64,000 bases of DNA from Trichoplax adhaerens (Eukaryota; Animalia; Placozoa): contig NW_002060951.1 of the NCBI RefSeq assembly GCF_000150275.1, forward strand, positions 1,560,297 through 1,624,296, written 5' to 3'. The position numbers and the translations under genes are program-made. The notes beneath the pieces are model-generated. The model made no database searches. It was given only the letters and a program-made list of their open reading frames with translations, and was not told the origin of the DNA. How positions within the stretch are numbered: position 1 is the stretch's first letter; every line of letters starts with the position of its first letter. Of the stretch, positions 25,850-38,316 are shown piece by piece.

Positions 25850-26340
25850 ATGAGAACTCACATTTGCATGCAATAGTATTATACTGTTCGACAGTCTGGA
25901 ATTATGCACAATTCAATACTGTACCCACTGCGTACTGTGCGCTTTTGATGCTCATGGACCTCTCCAACGATGATACACTACGAGTCGTTGTAGAGCTCGA
26001 TGGTGTTGTACAGTACGTATAGACAATCACGATTATTTATTTAATATTGTTAAGTAACCTGTATCCATAGCAAGTTGGTCACATATTCAACTCAGATAAT
26101 ATCGAATGAACGCAAATTCAGGCAGATATTAACAATCTTAAATGTGCTAAGCTATAATGGTACACTCTGACAGAGACACTGTGCAGATTGAATGTCATAC
26201 CACGTTATCAAGTACATGGTACAGTCTTAATCTTACAGTACAGCACCGTAAACTTACACTGTACACTGTACAGTCTCACGGTGGTAAAGCACGGTATTAT
26301 TAGGTACGGTTCCAAATTGTACCTTGTACTACTAGAAAAT
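25850..26340. promoter_or_regulatory. TACAGTA/TACTGTA-rich clusters in the divergent ABHD-B/FAXC-1 intergenic region
   Basis: Runs at ~25917-25940 and ~26219-26275 (e.g. TACACTGTACACTGTACAGT), between head-to-head genes. Confidence 0.4.
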
Positions 26341-26747
26341 GACCCAAATGACTTGACTCTATATGGAGACGCCCAAAAGTGCGTGTCAGGCTTGGTAATA
26401 AAATACGTCAGAGGCAAAAAAAAAAAATAAATTGATTAAATTGAAGTGAATTTACTATCAAAGTTGCGATCTGACGCCAATCAGCAGCCCTAAGTTTTCC
26501 ACGTATCGAAAGGTAAACTGTTGTAACTTAATTGTGATTACACTTATTGGATCGATTCTTCCCGTTTATTGAAGCTGCTGCCAGCTTCTAGAGAGGAGTA
26601 GTAATTGTTTCCAAAAATCGGAATGATGACATAAGTACTCGTACGTAATGATTTCGATAAAGCGCTGGACAGCTCGAGCATTTATTTGATCGTTTTTTTT
26701 TTTAGCGCTTGCAAAATTTGTTCAAGTCTTCACTTCGCACCTGCAAA

Positions 26748-27656
26748 ATGAGTTCATCAAACGATAAAGTGGACAAGGATACTGTAGTTGTTTATCAATT
26801 TATACAAGGATTGACAGCTCCGAGCTTATCTCCCTTTGTACTCAAGTTGGAAACCTACCTGAGGATGGCTAAATTAAATTATGTCTGCGATTATGGTGGA
26901 AAAGTTTCCAAAAAAGGCAAAATTCCTTGGATTGCCATCGATGGAAAAGAAATTGCCGATTCTGCCTTTTGTGTCCAGTACTTGAACAAGAGGTTTAATA
27001 TCGATCTTGATAGTCATCTCAATGAATCACAAAAAGCCATCGCTCATGCTTATATTAAAATGTTAGAAGAAAATACATTTTGGTAAGATTGATTTGAAGT
27101 GTTATATTCAATCGATAAAACTCGATAAACAAACTACGTGCTCTAGAACGTACTCACTTTTTTTTACTTTAACAAAGACAGTATGACATGTATCATTCAA
27201 TAACCGCTGCAATCATTGCAATACTTTGGTAGGGCTGTAATTGTGCAAACACGTGCAATAGAAAACTTTCCTTGGGCTTTAAATGAATTTAATGTGCCTA
27301 AATATTTAAAAGTCCCAGCTAAGCTAACATTCAGACGCAAAGTAACCAAAGCGATGTGGGGTCATGGTATAGGTAGGCATAGCCAGGAAGAAATTCACGA
27401 TATCGGAAACAACGATCTCCGTGCTTGCTCATCATTTCTTGCAGATAAGAAATTCTTTATGGGCGATCAGCCAAGTTTTATAGACGCTGTTATGTTTGGC
27501 TTTCTTGGTGAAATTGTTTACGCTCTACCACCTGATTGTTGGTATGCACGATTAGTCGACAACGAATTCAAAAATCTTAAGGCTTATTGTGATCGTATGA
27601 AAGAGGAATACTGGCCTGACTGGGACAGTAAATTAAGGAGTCCCAAGGCAAATTAG
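26748..27656 (+). CDS. FAXC: Failed axon connections homolog (metaxin/FAXC-like GST-fold protein), copy 1
   Basis: Exons 26748-27082 and 27233-27656. Motifs SPFVLKLETYLRM, KGKIPWI, MLEENTFW, GHGIGRHS, FFMGDQPSFIDA, YCDRMKEEYWPDW. A probable 5'UTR intron spans ~26513-26705. Confidence 0.9.
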
Positions 27657-30600
27657 TTCTGGCGGGCATTATCATCAACTATCGGTAGCTTAGTATGATT
27701 CTTACTATTAATACGTCTATTCGTTAGGTAGTAAACATCTAACTATCATGATAATTTCGTAGCTTTAGCTCATACGATTGTGTAGAAAGATGATTATCTG
27801 CTAGTCTGGCATGTGGGTAACCTGTCCCAATAGTTAATGTTAACGCTTCATAACGCTTGCTAAGTTGCAATAATAAGTGTGATGATGAATGATAAACTAA
27901 AATAATTGGATAACACAATACTGTAAAATTATTTCTCAATGCGTGATGTTTTTGTCCAATCGACATCATGACTATAATTTATAATGTCTCGGTGGTGAAT
28001 GTTGAATTGCATCTTGCATGAAAAATTTGGTAATCGAATTCTAACTGTTGAGTGATTTTATTTGGCTTAAAATATTACGATTTAGTAAATTAATAACATT
28101 TATTAATAAAAGGTATCAATCGTAATTGCTGAAACCATAAATAGAGCTCGTGTTCTTTCGCTAACATAGCTTTGACAGATCGAACTTGTATCATTTACAA
28201 TTGATATTTAGCATGTATAAAGATCGCACATTGTACAGTTGCCGTTGCCAGTTACCTACGTCGACATTGCGCTATCAACTACGTAGAACTGCTTGCAGTA
28301 ATGAGTCGTTAAATAGTAGCTGTTTCCCTAAATCGATATTGACTAGTTGATGAACTATTTATTATTGGGAATGCTGCTCAGTCATAACGCTGGTACTTTT
28401 CACATCAAATGCTACTAATAATAGAGATTGCAAATGTGAAAAACTGTTCAAACTTAGGCATTATATATTATTTTTATTAAATTATTGCGTTCGAGAAATA
28501 CACATTTGCAAACAATTTATGACCAAGAATCCTGCATACGCGTACAATATGTACTTTTATTTTTCAAACAATTATTGGAAACTCTGGACAAAGTCAATAG
28601 GATGATGCTGCACTTTTGGCATTGTCTGTACATTGTTTTTACGTTCTTATACTGGCTATTATACGAAATCACTTAGATGAGAGAGATTTGCATGCGCTAA
28701 TATGATAATTAGATTTTCTATTATTATAGACAATACAGTTACAAATTATGAGACTATACTATTAAATTAAGATTGTTTTCACACTATTAGTAGCTTGGTA
28801 AATGTTATTTTAACCATCGACAGGTATAATAAGGAATACATGATATCTGTAGTTGGCATGATCGAAATTTCTTGTAAAGCCTTATTTGCTTTCGATACTA
28901 CAGTATATTACTTAGAACTAGCAATTCGTGTCTATATTATTTCAGGTAATTCATGGGGAGAAGCCTTACTATCCATATATATTAGACGGTTTATAGCAAT
29001 TTGATTGAATTAATTACATTGCGGTCAACATAGGTCCGTGATGAATCGCTTTTTATTTTGCTAAGGCAACCTTAATATAATGTGGTAAAAAAAAATCGAA
29101 AATGACTGATGTGAATTGTAATACTTTATAGATTTTTAACTTCCCACGTATATGATTGCATATTGTAGATAATAGGATACCCTATTTTTTATCATTATAT
29201 ATATACTGTATATAATTATCACACTCCAATATTAAATTTGGGCTATGTAGTTCAATCTTAGGAGAGACATGTGTTAACGGTGGCGTCCCAACGATAAGAC
29301 ACCAATAGCACGGCACAATATAAGGGGCACTGCAAGTTGCTAAAAAGAGCGTAACGAAATAAGTATACTGTAAACTAGTTCTTCAATTTTAATAACTTTA
29401 ATTTAATAACCTGTTACTTTAATTAATGGTAGCTTAATAGTAATGAACTACCTAAGGTAAGGTGTAATCCAGTTTTTTTAGTTACACAGTTCGATGAAAA
29501 CTGGTCGATGAGCATTCTTATGGATAATTAACTGTAATTTATTATTTTTTAATAATGATCTAATGAGTGGTTTAACATATGGTGCCTTCTTGCCTGACAT
29601 ACGAGTATATGATTCCTTTCCAACCATACAGTACAGATAATTAAATTGTGGTACTCCAATTTTATAGCTATGTGGGCTAAAGCAATATCTAGCTAATATC
29701 TACCCAAGCTTTCAAAATTTAATTAAACATTTTGTCCCCATAATGTGGCAATAATTGCACTTATTGTACCGCTTATTGACTGTCATTTAATTTCAATCAT
29801 AATACAATTTGCTACAAAGTGAAATGGACAATCACAGAATCATTCAGAATGAGAATTTGGCATTCTAAGAATGGTCAGCTCTCGATTACAATTAAAAATT
29901 TGGTAAACTAGTCCAAGTTGCAACTATTCTCAATTCATATCGACTCTAAAATGAGTTATTTCAAGAACATTGTAAAAGATCTTTATTGATTTGTTTCTGT
30001 ATACATTATGATCGTGGTTGTGATTTTACAGTATTTATTTGTTATAGTTAAAGTATCTTATAAATTAAATATTCTTAGTAAAAAGGTACTGAACGTAATC
30101 AAAATTATGAGAGGAAATAAACAAATTAGGAAATTTTTTAGATAATTTCAACAAATACAGTAGGAGATTTCGCTTCTGGAGTATAAAATCCAAAGAGATT
30201 TAGGATAAGAAATTTCTAAATTATATATCTAGCAATATCTTTATATTCTTAATTTTGTTTCGAATTTCGTATAGGAATTAACTGCTTTTAGCTGTTATGT
30301 TAACATCGATTACAACTGTATTAGCTTGACCTAATAAAGACATTATTTTATATAGCTATTAAAGCGCATTACAGGCAATATACCAAATGATGTGATTAAA
30401 GCAGTTTTTGTGTATTAATCATTTGTCAAGTAAACACAGCTAAAGATTCATCATTATAACTAGATGTCCATAACTGTTCATAAGTTTCTATTATATTGAG
30501 CTTGAACATTGACAGACTTTCAGCATCCTTGAATAGAAAATACCACCCGTACATATATTGAATATGCTGCAATATTATTTTTATCGTATTTCTTTCCCGT

Positions 30601-30658
30601 ATCTGCGTAGCGTTACGAGTAAAGAAGGGCACATCTTGTTGTAAAATGATGCTCAAAA

Positions 30659-31782
30659 TTAGAATTTGGTTGGTTTATTACCGTTTTTTAGGTTATCATT
30701 CCAATCGGGCCAGTATTTCGTTCTCATTTTTTCACAATAGCTTACAAGGTTTTTATAATCTTCTTTCACAACTTTGGTAGTCCAATGATCAGGAGGCATA
30801 AACCAAATTAATTCGGCAATGAATCCAAACATAGTAGCATCAATTAAACTAGGTTGGTCACCCATAAAAAATGGCTTATCGCCTAAAAAATCTGAAAAAG
30901 CTTTCAAGTCCGCTTCGCCAAGTTTACGAATATTTTCAGGACTATGCCTGCCAATTCCATGCCCCCACATGCTTTTCAAGATTCTACGTCTGAGCGTTAA
31001 TCTAGCTGCTGGAAACAATATTTTAGGTACTCCAAGCTCGCTTAGAAACCATGAAAAATTTTCAGCAAAGCGACCATATGTTACTGTAGCCCTAGAAAAG
31101 GATGGATATATGCCAAAGTGTTAAAGAACGAAATTTATTCTAGGATATCAAATAATTATATTAAAATGGAACTGAGCGATTTAATAAAAATTCTACCGTA
31201 GCCATGTATAATTGTATACATAATTCTTCTGTAAAGGTCTTTGTAACCAATTTAAAGTCTATTAAGTTATTATAATTTCAATACTTTTCTTTACTTAAAA
31301 TTTATCAGACAAGTTTAGCCGTTGCACGTCAAAATTTAGAACTACTAATAAATATTCAAATTTATTTTGACTATATGATAAATTTGATGATGTATCCTAT
31401 TTATATCCCACTACATCTACTAGATTATCATTTACTAGTGCTTTTGATTTTCTCCTTACCAGAATGTACTTTCCTCCATAGTTTTAGTATAAGAATAAGC
31501 GATAGCCTTTTCTTTGCTGCTTAAATGTTTGTTAAGATCGATGTTGAATTTTTTATTCAAGTGCTGAATAATAAAGCTAGTGTCATTAACCACTTCACCG
31601 TTGATGACAATCCAAGGAATTTTACCCTTTTTCGATAGCTTTCCGCTGAGATCGGATTTATATTTGATATCTGCCATTCTCAGATAAGTTTCCAATTTTA
31701 AGGCGAAAGGTGATGGACTAGGAATGGTTGTTGCGCGAGGAAAATGGTACATTAATACGGTATCACTGGCCAAAGCAGGCAT
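30659..31782 (-). CDS. FAXC: FAXC/metaxin-like GST-fold protein, copy 2
   Basis: Exons 31460-31782 and 30659-31091. Same motifs and the same phase-2 intron inside the FW codon as copy 1. Confidence 0.9.
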
Positions 31783-33773
31783 TTTAAATTGAATTCTTTA
31801 TTGATAAATAAAGGAATCAACAAAGTTAAATCAGGTTTAAATTATCGAGAAGTTGAAAATCCTTGAATTAGATAGTACAGATTAATTAGAGGATATCCAG
31901 GCTATAATATATAATGCTAAATCGTTATACTGATGCATAATTTGCTAACCTAATTCGTTGGTAACAAATTCGAGTAACTGTAAATAAAATTACTAGGCAA
32001 TGAAGGAATTAAATGGGGTTTCTTAGTGGAAATGAAGCACAACAAGCTAGAGCTACAGACTTATATAGATTTTTTATTGTAATTAAATACCATCCAATAA
32101 CTAATTATAAACAGTCATTACATCAGTTATTTATGAAAAATTCCGTAAAACAATAGGCCACTAATAGAGTTTGGATCAATATTTACATAGAGTTTTGCAG
32201 AATAGCGATGATGCGGAAAAACTTAAACGCCTATGTTGTTATTGTAAAATACATGATGGGAAACAAGTTCATTTACGATCGGTTCGAGCAAGATTCATAC
32301 TTGAGGTGATGAAGGATAATTACAATACAAAAAGTAAGGTGTGCGCGAATATTAGTAATTAGTTGATCAAGAACATAATTAAATATAATCAAAATACAAT
32401 ATTGCCAGGCGGTAGCTGTTAGAGTTATAAAATAGATATTTAGCTAATGATGGGACACTTCCTAAGTACAGGATTGACAGGCCATTTATATAGTAGTAAA
32501 GTAGCGAATTCATCAGAGCTTAAAATTTAGTAGCCCTTGTTGAGATAGAGCAGTTAAATTTTACATCGTCAAATAAGGGTGCGAATCATCAGCACTCTAG
32601 GTATATCTACATTTTAGTAAAAATTACTTATTAATTTGATCTATTAGCTCAATAAAAAATTAATACTATAGATGATAAATAAAAGGCATTACCCGACTTT
32701 ACGAGGTTACTATGCCAGAATCGGAAACATTTGAAGCTTTCAAGTTTATGCAATCAGTAGTTATAAATACTCGATAGTTGTTATGATATGATTTTAAGTT
32801 CTCCGAAGTAACCTATACCTGTGATTTAACTACTTTACAGTTTAATGACAACTAATTTGGTAATGATATTAACTTGTGTAACTATTTGATAACGAATTCA
32901 AAAACAAAGATTACTAAAGAAACTAAAATTTCTATGGCAGTTATGATTATGTAATAGGTTTCGAAGACGCGGATTTGCGCTGGTTGAATATCAGATCGTT
33001 GAATGTACATCATTTATACTTTCTAAATTTATTAACATGACTTTAACTGAACATATCCACTACTCACAAATTCGATGTATATTATTAGAACTGCAGCTGC
33101 AAGATTATACAATATCCTATCCAACTAAGTCTTTTGTATGAACGTACTACTTTATGAAGCCATAACATCTATCAGATTTTGTATAAACTCGCGATAGAAG
33201 TTCAGTTTGCGATAAAGTATTAATTTCTGTTGAACCTTTGATAATATTTTAATGAATATTTTTCTTGTAGTTACATCAATTGATTCTAAGCACGATAATA
33301 ATACAAGCAATGGATACGACGGAGGAGAAATGAAGTTCTACAATAGTCGTGAAAACTGATAAATTGTAAATTATTAATTGCTATAATCAAGTAGTCATTA
33401 AGAGTATGTTTACAATTATGTATCACGTACAATTGCATCCTGAGAGATAAAATGGTTGTATAGATAATTAATCAAGTACACTTGTCTATAGTGAGTTAGT
33501 TATTTATGTTCTATAGTTAGGATATCGATTGCATTATAGTAGGATTATCTTTCTCAAAATAATTTAGCAATCGTGATAATATATTGAATTTTAGTTTATT
33601 AAATTTCAATTTATGTGTCCGCGTAATTACAGTTAGTGTATATTCATGTTCGTATTAGTGTTAGATTTAATTAAATCGATAATTTCAAGTGTAGAGCACT
33701 ACAGTACAGTTGCATTCTAAGCGTGTTTGAATTATTCAAAATTAATAGTATACTGTAGACTTAACGAACTAAT

Positions 33774-34682
33774 TTATTTTGTTTTCTTCAAGTTATCATC
33801 CCAATCCGGCCAATATTTTGCCTTCATTCTTTCACAATAATCAACAACATTTGTATATTCTTCTGTTATTAATTTAATCGTCCAATGATCAGGTGGCATA
33901 AACCAAATCAGTTCAGCCATGAAACCAAAGATGACTGCATCTATAGATGTTGGTTGATCTCCCATAAAGAATGGTTTGTTATCCAAAAATTCTGCACATG
34001 CTTTAATATCTTGCATAGCAATGCTTTGTATTTCTTCACCGTTATGCCTTCCAATTCCGTGTCCCCACATGTTTTTCAGCAGCCGACGACGTACAGTTAG
34101 CTTTGCGATCCATGACAATGCACTAGGTACTCCTAGCTCTTTTAATAGCCAAGGAAAATTATCTACCAAGCGTCCATAATTGATAGCAGCCCTATAATTA
34201 ACAAAAGGAAGAGTATTAAGATCATGAATTAGATTCATTGATAAGAAATATTTTACTATAGTTTCCTAGCTAGTCATATAGTACAGTTGTCAGCATGATA
34301 TAATAGAAATAACTTAAAATTATTTTGAACTATTAGGTTAACATGATTACCAAAAAGTATTTTCTTCAAGCATTTTTCGATAGGAATGAGCCATGGATTT
34401 ATCTAGTTCACTTAAGTTTTTATCAAGATCGATGTTATATTTTTTATTGACATATTCAGTTATGAAAGCTGTATCACCCAATGGTTGGCCATCGATAACA
34501 ACCCATGGAATTTTGCCATTTTTAGAAAATTTACCAGTTAAATCTGATTCATACTTGATGCCAGCCATTCTAAAGTAGGTTTCTAACTTCAATGCAAATG
34601 GAGATGCACTTGGGATAGTTGAGGCCCGCGGAAATTGATACATTAAAATAGCATTCTTGTCTTGGTTAGCTACAGCAGGCAT
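33774..34682 (-). CDS. FAXC: FAXC/metaxin-like GST-fold protein, copy 3
   Basis: Exons 34351-34682 and 33774-34191. Closest to copy 2 (shared ELIWFMPPDHWT). Confidence 0.9.
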
Positions 34683-37600
34683 ATTGTTTAGGAATGCTTT
34701 ACTTGCTTACATTTAGTTATCAAAAATGCAACGTTCCAATAAAGTTGATTATCAAGGATGCTTCAAGCAAAGTGATTAAGCGATCAAGTTCCTATTTATA
34801 TATGCTCTTTTAGGGCAGAAACTGTCAATATAAATAGATGGATTTGTTGATAATGCTATTGTTGCCCATGATTATTGCATAGAGACAATTTATAGGGCGT
34901 GACAAAAGATTGCTAAAAAAATTATTTTTGAATAGCGATAGATGTCTTGATTTCGTTTACTCTTTCTTCGTGATGCAATCAAATTTTTATCAAATTGGGC
35001 ACCATCGGACGTAAGTTAAAGGTAGTCTGTAGTTATACTTTGATACTATTATGTTTTTACAATGTTCGAAAAATTTACGGCTAAATTTGCACAATTGAAT
35101 ACAGTACAATTGAAGTAAATTTCAAAGTATTTGATGTTCGTATGACAAATCGTAATAGATTAGTTGCGGTAGATGAATTACGGCATTGATGCAAAACAAA
35201 TCATTATCTTATGAAAGTTGAAACTAATTAATGAAATTATATAATGCACGCGAAAATTTATCGTGATATTTAGCAGTCTAAGTAATATTTCTCCAATTGT
35301 TCTCATTGGTGCCTCATAAGAACACAAGTTTGATAGCTACTATAAGATTTACTCAACCAATAATCTGGTATTACTAAACTTTTATAAACATTAAGTGGCT
35401 CGGAATTAAAGTTTCTGGATGCTATAGTTATCCAAATTAGGGCTATTATCATAGCTTTAAATAACTCCACCGTTAATATCAATACTCATTTAGCAAGGAA
35501 ACAATTGTAATACAATCCTCGGCATGACACAGCAGATCTCATACAATTGGATCATCTAGCAACAACTGTCATCGTTATTAATGTACTCTCTCTTCTATTA
35601 TTACACGTGACTTTCATTCTCATAATTATTATGGCATAATAAAGTGATCAAGAAGGAGAAAAAATTAGTTATTGACGTATATAAAACTCTAATTTTTGGG
35701 TCGATTAAGATAGCGATCAATAATTAGATACTAAATATAGCCTTGACATGGCCAAGAAAGATGATTGTTTATGAGTAAAACTCCATGAATTGAATATTCT
35801 AACCGTGATATATAGATTTACTAAAATATAAAATTAATCGAAAGCATATATTCTGTCGTTGGTATGTGATGTAAATAGGATAGTAACAATCGCAATAAAA
35901 ATTTTTGAATATAAAATAACTAATTAAGAGAGATGATGTCACAAATATCTCCTACTTGTGAGCGATTAAACTTCTCTAGTTGCTATTACTCTCGTTGAAC
36001 ACTGGCTATTATGGTCGAGGTTAGAACTACTAGAAGAGTTTTAATGTTATAAAATACTTTATTGGTATAAGTCCGGGTTGCAGGCCCGTCTATTACGATC
36101 GGAATTTGGAACTGAACAAGCTATTAAAGCTATGGGATATACGTCGTACGTGTACTAGTTATAATGAATTTAGTGAATACTCTGATAGAAAGTTGATTCT
36201 TTCTTGTGATACTCTTGCACTATGCTTTTAACGACTCATTTTATAGGTAAAACAGGATAAGTGATCATTTCGGCTAACCATGTTAATGTTCATCATTTTC
36301 AATATCTTTGTATTAACTATTAATAGTAAACAAGTTACTATTCACTGAAAGATCACTGCTTTTCGATTTTTTGGCGCAAATCATTGTTTAAATTCTAAAA
36401 AATTATTTTACATAGAGTACAATGACATATATTATGCTACCATTGATCACTATCAACATTGTAACTGCTATGATATCTTTTATAGCACGATTCGTAATTA
36501 TTTCTCTAAATTATCTTAACGATGTTATATTTATTTTATTCACAGAGACTTATTTATGTTCTGTAAGTTGTATAGAAAAAGCAAATGATATTTCTCTTAA
36601 TCTATTTAATGTTTAAGAATTCACTACTGCTACAATCATTAATTTGCATAGGGCCATAAATTATTGCTGATCATCACACTCAAGCACCTTAACACCATTA
36701 TATAATTATTACTCCTGTGTAGCCTCACAGTAGTCGATATGAATCTGTGATCCTATCAATAATGGCTACTGTGCTATTATTAGATTATTAAAAATGCTAA
36801 CTCTCATGTACGTTTTATAGATGATATCACAATAACCGATTTCACGAATTAAGGTGATGTTGTAAAGAATATATTATTGATATGACGTTTGAACTGAATA
36901 TTCCTAACTCACTATTTATCTTATTTGACTACATATTCGTATGTATAAGTCTATATATGTATACCTATAGCATGTATTCAGCAATATTAAATCATATTAA
37001 CTTCGGAGATTTTTATTTAAGCAAGGCCGCGTTATAATTTTCATATCCTATAGATTTTAGTTAATAAATGAGTACAGAAATAACTGGTTTAATTACTGTT
37101 AAATTAACGGCTGTATACGTTAAGATCTCATATTTGCAATGGCAGGTAAAAATTATAAACTAAACAAGTCTATTAACTTTGTATATAGCGAGATTCGCTT
37201 AAATCCAAGATATAATTGTTAGAAGCATTTACACTGATAAAGCTCTATATACTGTATGTAGATCCGATTGTAATATTTAAAGGGAATCACATTCATTACT
37301 TTTAGCAAATAGAAAGAATTGAAATAGTAAGACTGTAATAAGGGTTTAAGATACTATAATTGATTAGAATAGAGCGCTTTGTAGCTATTTTTTGTCAGCC
37401 TTAAGGTTTGCTGAGAATGGTAAAAATAGTAGTTTTGCCTGTCAGAGTTAACGTACATGAGCTTTAATTCTCAATGAAATTATATTAAAAATAAGTTACA
37501 AGTCTTAGGAATGAATACCCTATCATGCGTTATAAGTTGCTTAATTTCAAGACTGGATTTAATTCACGGAATGAATAATTTTATTTAAATTAAATAAAGA

Positions 37601-38316
37601 AGCATATTAAGACATAGAGCCAATTGTTTACTCTCAAATAAGGTAGTGATGTACAAAGATTCATCCATATTAATTTTCTGGAAATTGAATTAGAACTGAA
37701 TTGACTTTACAATGGAACATTACAACAAGTCAAGTACTTCTGAACTTGTATACATACACTGGATATCACTATTGTCCATAAGAGCTGAGACTAACATATA
37801 TAGCTAGCTTATAGTTGTATGACAACTGCGGTGGTTGATGACATCTTTTCGAAATATCCTAAGAAAAAACTCTGTGGAATAAATTAATTCACTCACTCCT
37901 GCTATTTATACATATATAACGATATCTATCTCCTTAAGTAAATCCTTTGGACCATATGGAGCACAAATAGGTGCTGTGACATAGACTTAACATAATCATT
38001 CAATATATAATAATTTCAGAAATGCTAATTACCAAGTGCTATGTTTAATAATATTATCGTAGCTCCATGGACGAGCACTTACCGTGCATATTATGAATTT
38101 TATTACAGCTATTGGTATACATAACAAAAGGTAAAAATCGCCCACTATTTGAGTTCTTCGATGTAGCTTTTAGTGCTTTAAATGTCAGACATACGTATTT
38201 GGAATTGCTTTTACTATAAACTCCCTTTGCTTGTTAATAAGATAAAATAGAATTAATTTAGTTGTATGAAGTTAGCTTGGAAACAGATATGACCATATTA
38301 GTACTACAGTATCTTG

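Noticed and set aside
26709-26747. N-terminal extension of FAXC copy 1 in the ORF track
   Set aside because: Starts at TTG. The first ATG is at 26748.
30819-34578. Similar plus-strand ORFs containing LCLPIPCPHM
   Set aside because: Their similarity only mirrors the paralogous FAXC exons on the opposite strand.
36074-36160. Small GC hairpin CGGGTTGCAGGCCCG and a nearby ACTAGT as possible Helitron ends
   Set aside because: The hairpin and CTAG are not correctly spaced and there is no second copy in the window.
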